Of a DNA stretch of 64,000 bases, positions 62,756 to 64,000 are shown in pieces. The DNA is taken from the NCBI GenBank assembly GCA_934090735.1, contig CAKOJR010000002.1, positions 138,788 to 202,787 of the forward strand. Direction: 5' to 3'. Positions within the stretch are counted from its first letter, which is position 1. The number at the start of each line of letters is the position of its first letter. The notes under the pieces were generated by a model, which was not told where the DNA came from, made no database searches, and saw only the letters and a program-made list of their open reading frames with translations. The DNA is from an uncultured Bacilli bacterium. GTDB taxonomy: Bacteria; Bacillota_I; Bacilli_A; RF39; UBA660. The translations under genes and the position numbers were made by a program.

Positions 62756-63326
62756 TTAAAGCTTCAATTCCTTTAATATATCTCGCCTTTACGTTATGAG
62801 GGTTTTGATTTTGGATGCTTTGTGAATAATTGTAGATGGCTTCAATATCAAGTTTTTCATCTGTGATATCTTTATAATCTTGATAATTTGTTTTTATAAA
62901 TTTTTCGTATTCTGCGCTAGATAGATATGATAACTCAGAAATTAATTTTCCACTATTAAACACGCCAAAATATTTTCCTTTTGGATCTGCTATTGTTATA
63001 ATCATTTTTTGTTCCGTTTTGCCTGCAGCTAATGCTTCGATACTTGATATTGATTTTATTTTGATATTTAATGTGTATGCTAGCATTTTTGCAACTGTTA
63101 TTCCTAGGCGAACTCCAGTAAAGCTTCCTGGACCATCAATAACGATTATTTCATTTAAATCTTTAGTTGTAAGATTATTTTCTTTTAGAATTTCTTCAAT
63201 AAGAGGAACTGTATAAATACTATGATTTCTATTTGAAATTTGTTCTTTTTTTGAAATCATTTTTTCATCTTTTAATAGAGCTATTTCGATAAGTTCACGG
63301 AATGTACTAATGAATAATGTATACAT
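62745..63326 (-). CDS. tsaB: tRNA threonylcarbamoyladenosine biosynthesis protein TsaB
   Basis: Start MYTLFISTF (GGAAGTGA SD). VIDGPGSFTGVRLGITVAKMLAY. Confidence 0.85.
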   Translation of the reverse strand: MYTLFISTFRELIEIALLKDEKMISKKEQISNRNHSIYTVPLIEEILKENNLTTKDLNEIIVIDGPGSFTGVRLGITVAKMLAYTLNIKIKSISSIEALAAGKTEQKMIITIADPKGKYFGVFNSGKLISELSYLSSAEYEKFIKTNYQDYKDITDEKLDIEAIYNYSQSIQNQNPHNVKARYIKGIEALNGK

Positions 63327-63395
63327 ATAAATCACTTCCAAACTGTTTATTATTATACATCTTTTAGGGTAAAATTGCAAAAAAGAAAAGTAAAT

Positions 63396-63848
63396 TCACA
63401 ATACGGAATTTACTAAATCTTCATATTTTCTACCATATGGTTGTAGAATTAAAATTCTTGTGTTTTCATCAATTATTTTAAATTTAATTTGAAGTCTTTC
63501 TTCTGGCAAACAGTCACAAATCATATCAGACCATTCAATTATACAAACGGCATCTTTGTTAAAGTAATCATTGAAGCCGACAGTTTCACAATTATTTTCT
63601 AGACGATATACGTCCATGTGATATAATGGCATTTCTCCACTGTTGTATTCTTTAATTAAATTAAAGGTAGGACTTGTAATAGTTTCAGTTATACCCAAAG
63701 ATTTTGCAAACCCTTTTACAAAAACTGTTTTTCCACTTCCAAGTTCGCCGTCTAGACAAATAACCATTCCTGGAAATTTTTCTGATTCGATATTTTCTGC
63801 TAGTTCCATTGTATCAGTTATACTTCTTGATGTATATTTGTATTCCAT
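63396..63848 (-). CDS. tsaE: tRNA threonylcarbamoyladenosine biosynthesis ATPase TsaE
   Basis: LDGELGSGKTVFVKGFAKSLGI ... SPTFNL ... HMDVYRL. Confidence 0.9.
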   Translation of the reverse strand: MEYKYTSRSITDTMELAENIESEKFPGMVICLDGELGSGKTVFVKGFAKSLGITETITSPTFNLIKEYNSGEMPLYHMDVYRLENNCETVGFNDYFNKDAVCIIEWSDMICDCLPEERLQIKFKIIDENTRILILQPYGRKYEDLVNSVL

Positions 63849-63901
63849 TTTCTCACCCTATTTTCATTATATATAAATCTTTAATGCTTGTAAATAGCTA
63901 T

Positions 63902-64000
63902 TTACATAATTTCGTTAGAATAAAAGTTTGGTTCACTTGTTATGTTTATTTTTAACGATTTTAAGGCTTTTAAATCTCCGTTGGTAACAATATATGTTGC
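63902..64000 (-). CDS. 3' end (32 codons) of an unidentified gene running off the right edge
   Basis: Own translation ATYIVTNGDLKALKSLKINITSEPNFYSNEIM*. Open to the window end. Function unknown. Confidence 0.3.
   Translation of the reverse strand, partial: ATYIVTNGDLKALKSLKINITSEPNFYSNEIM

Noticed and set aside
1-64000. rRNA, tRNA, CRISPR arrays, IS elements or transposases
   Set aside because: No cloverleaf-like GC-rich islands, no regularly spaced short repeats and no transposase- or integrase-like ORFs were seen in any frame. Intergenic regions are short and AT-rich.

Overview
This 64-kb window is a very AT-rich chromosomal segment, coded almost entirely on the minus strand, from a spore-forming low-GC Firmicute. 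Supporting core genes: rluB, dacB-spmA-spmB, murE, dnaB-dnaI, a CotZ/ExsY-type coat protein, gpmI, cdaA-cdaR, a two-component system and tsaE-tsaB-rimI-tsaD. An N-domain-less ClpB behind a CIRCE operator hints at an Erysipelotrichia/Mollicutes-related lineage; that is inference only.

The main feature is a ~23-kb type IV secretion (conjugation-like) island at about 9.3-32.4 kb. It encodes:
- a VirD4-type coupling protein;
- a VirB4 ATPase split into two coupled ORFs;
- VirB3- and VirB6-like membrane proteins;
- three paralogous VirB2-like hairpin proteins;
- two wall hydrolases carrying four catalytic modules (SGNH, NlpC/P60, M23, GH24);
- a stand-alone C39-like peptidase;
- a Tad-like trio (TadZ-like pseudo-ATPase plus two proteins with prepilin-like leaders);
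- three Cys-rich adhesins.

I found no relaxase, recombinase or att repeats, and the island is flanked by housekeeping genes. Hand-predicted promoters and hairpin terminators split it into about four transcription units.

Other accessory content:
- a sipW operon with two TasA-like genes, plus two more proteins with SipW-type signals elsewhere in the window;
- an orphan pilC-pilD-pilin cluster with no ATPase;
- two proteins with NPxTG sorting signals;
- a tandem gene pair sharing a 136-nt near-identical 5' tract.

I saw no rRNA, tRNA, CRISPR array, transposase or integrase. All functional calls rest on motifs read by eye from the supplied translations. No database search was run.
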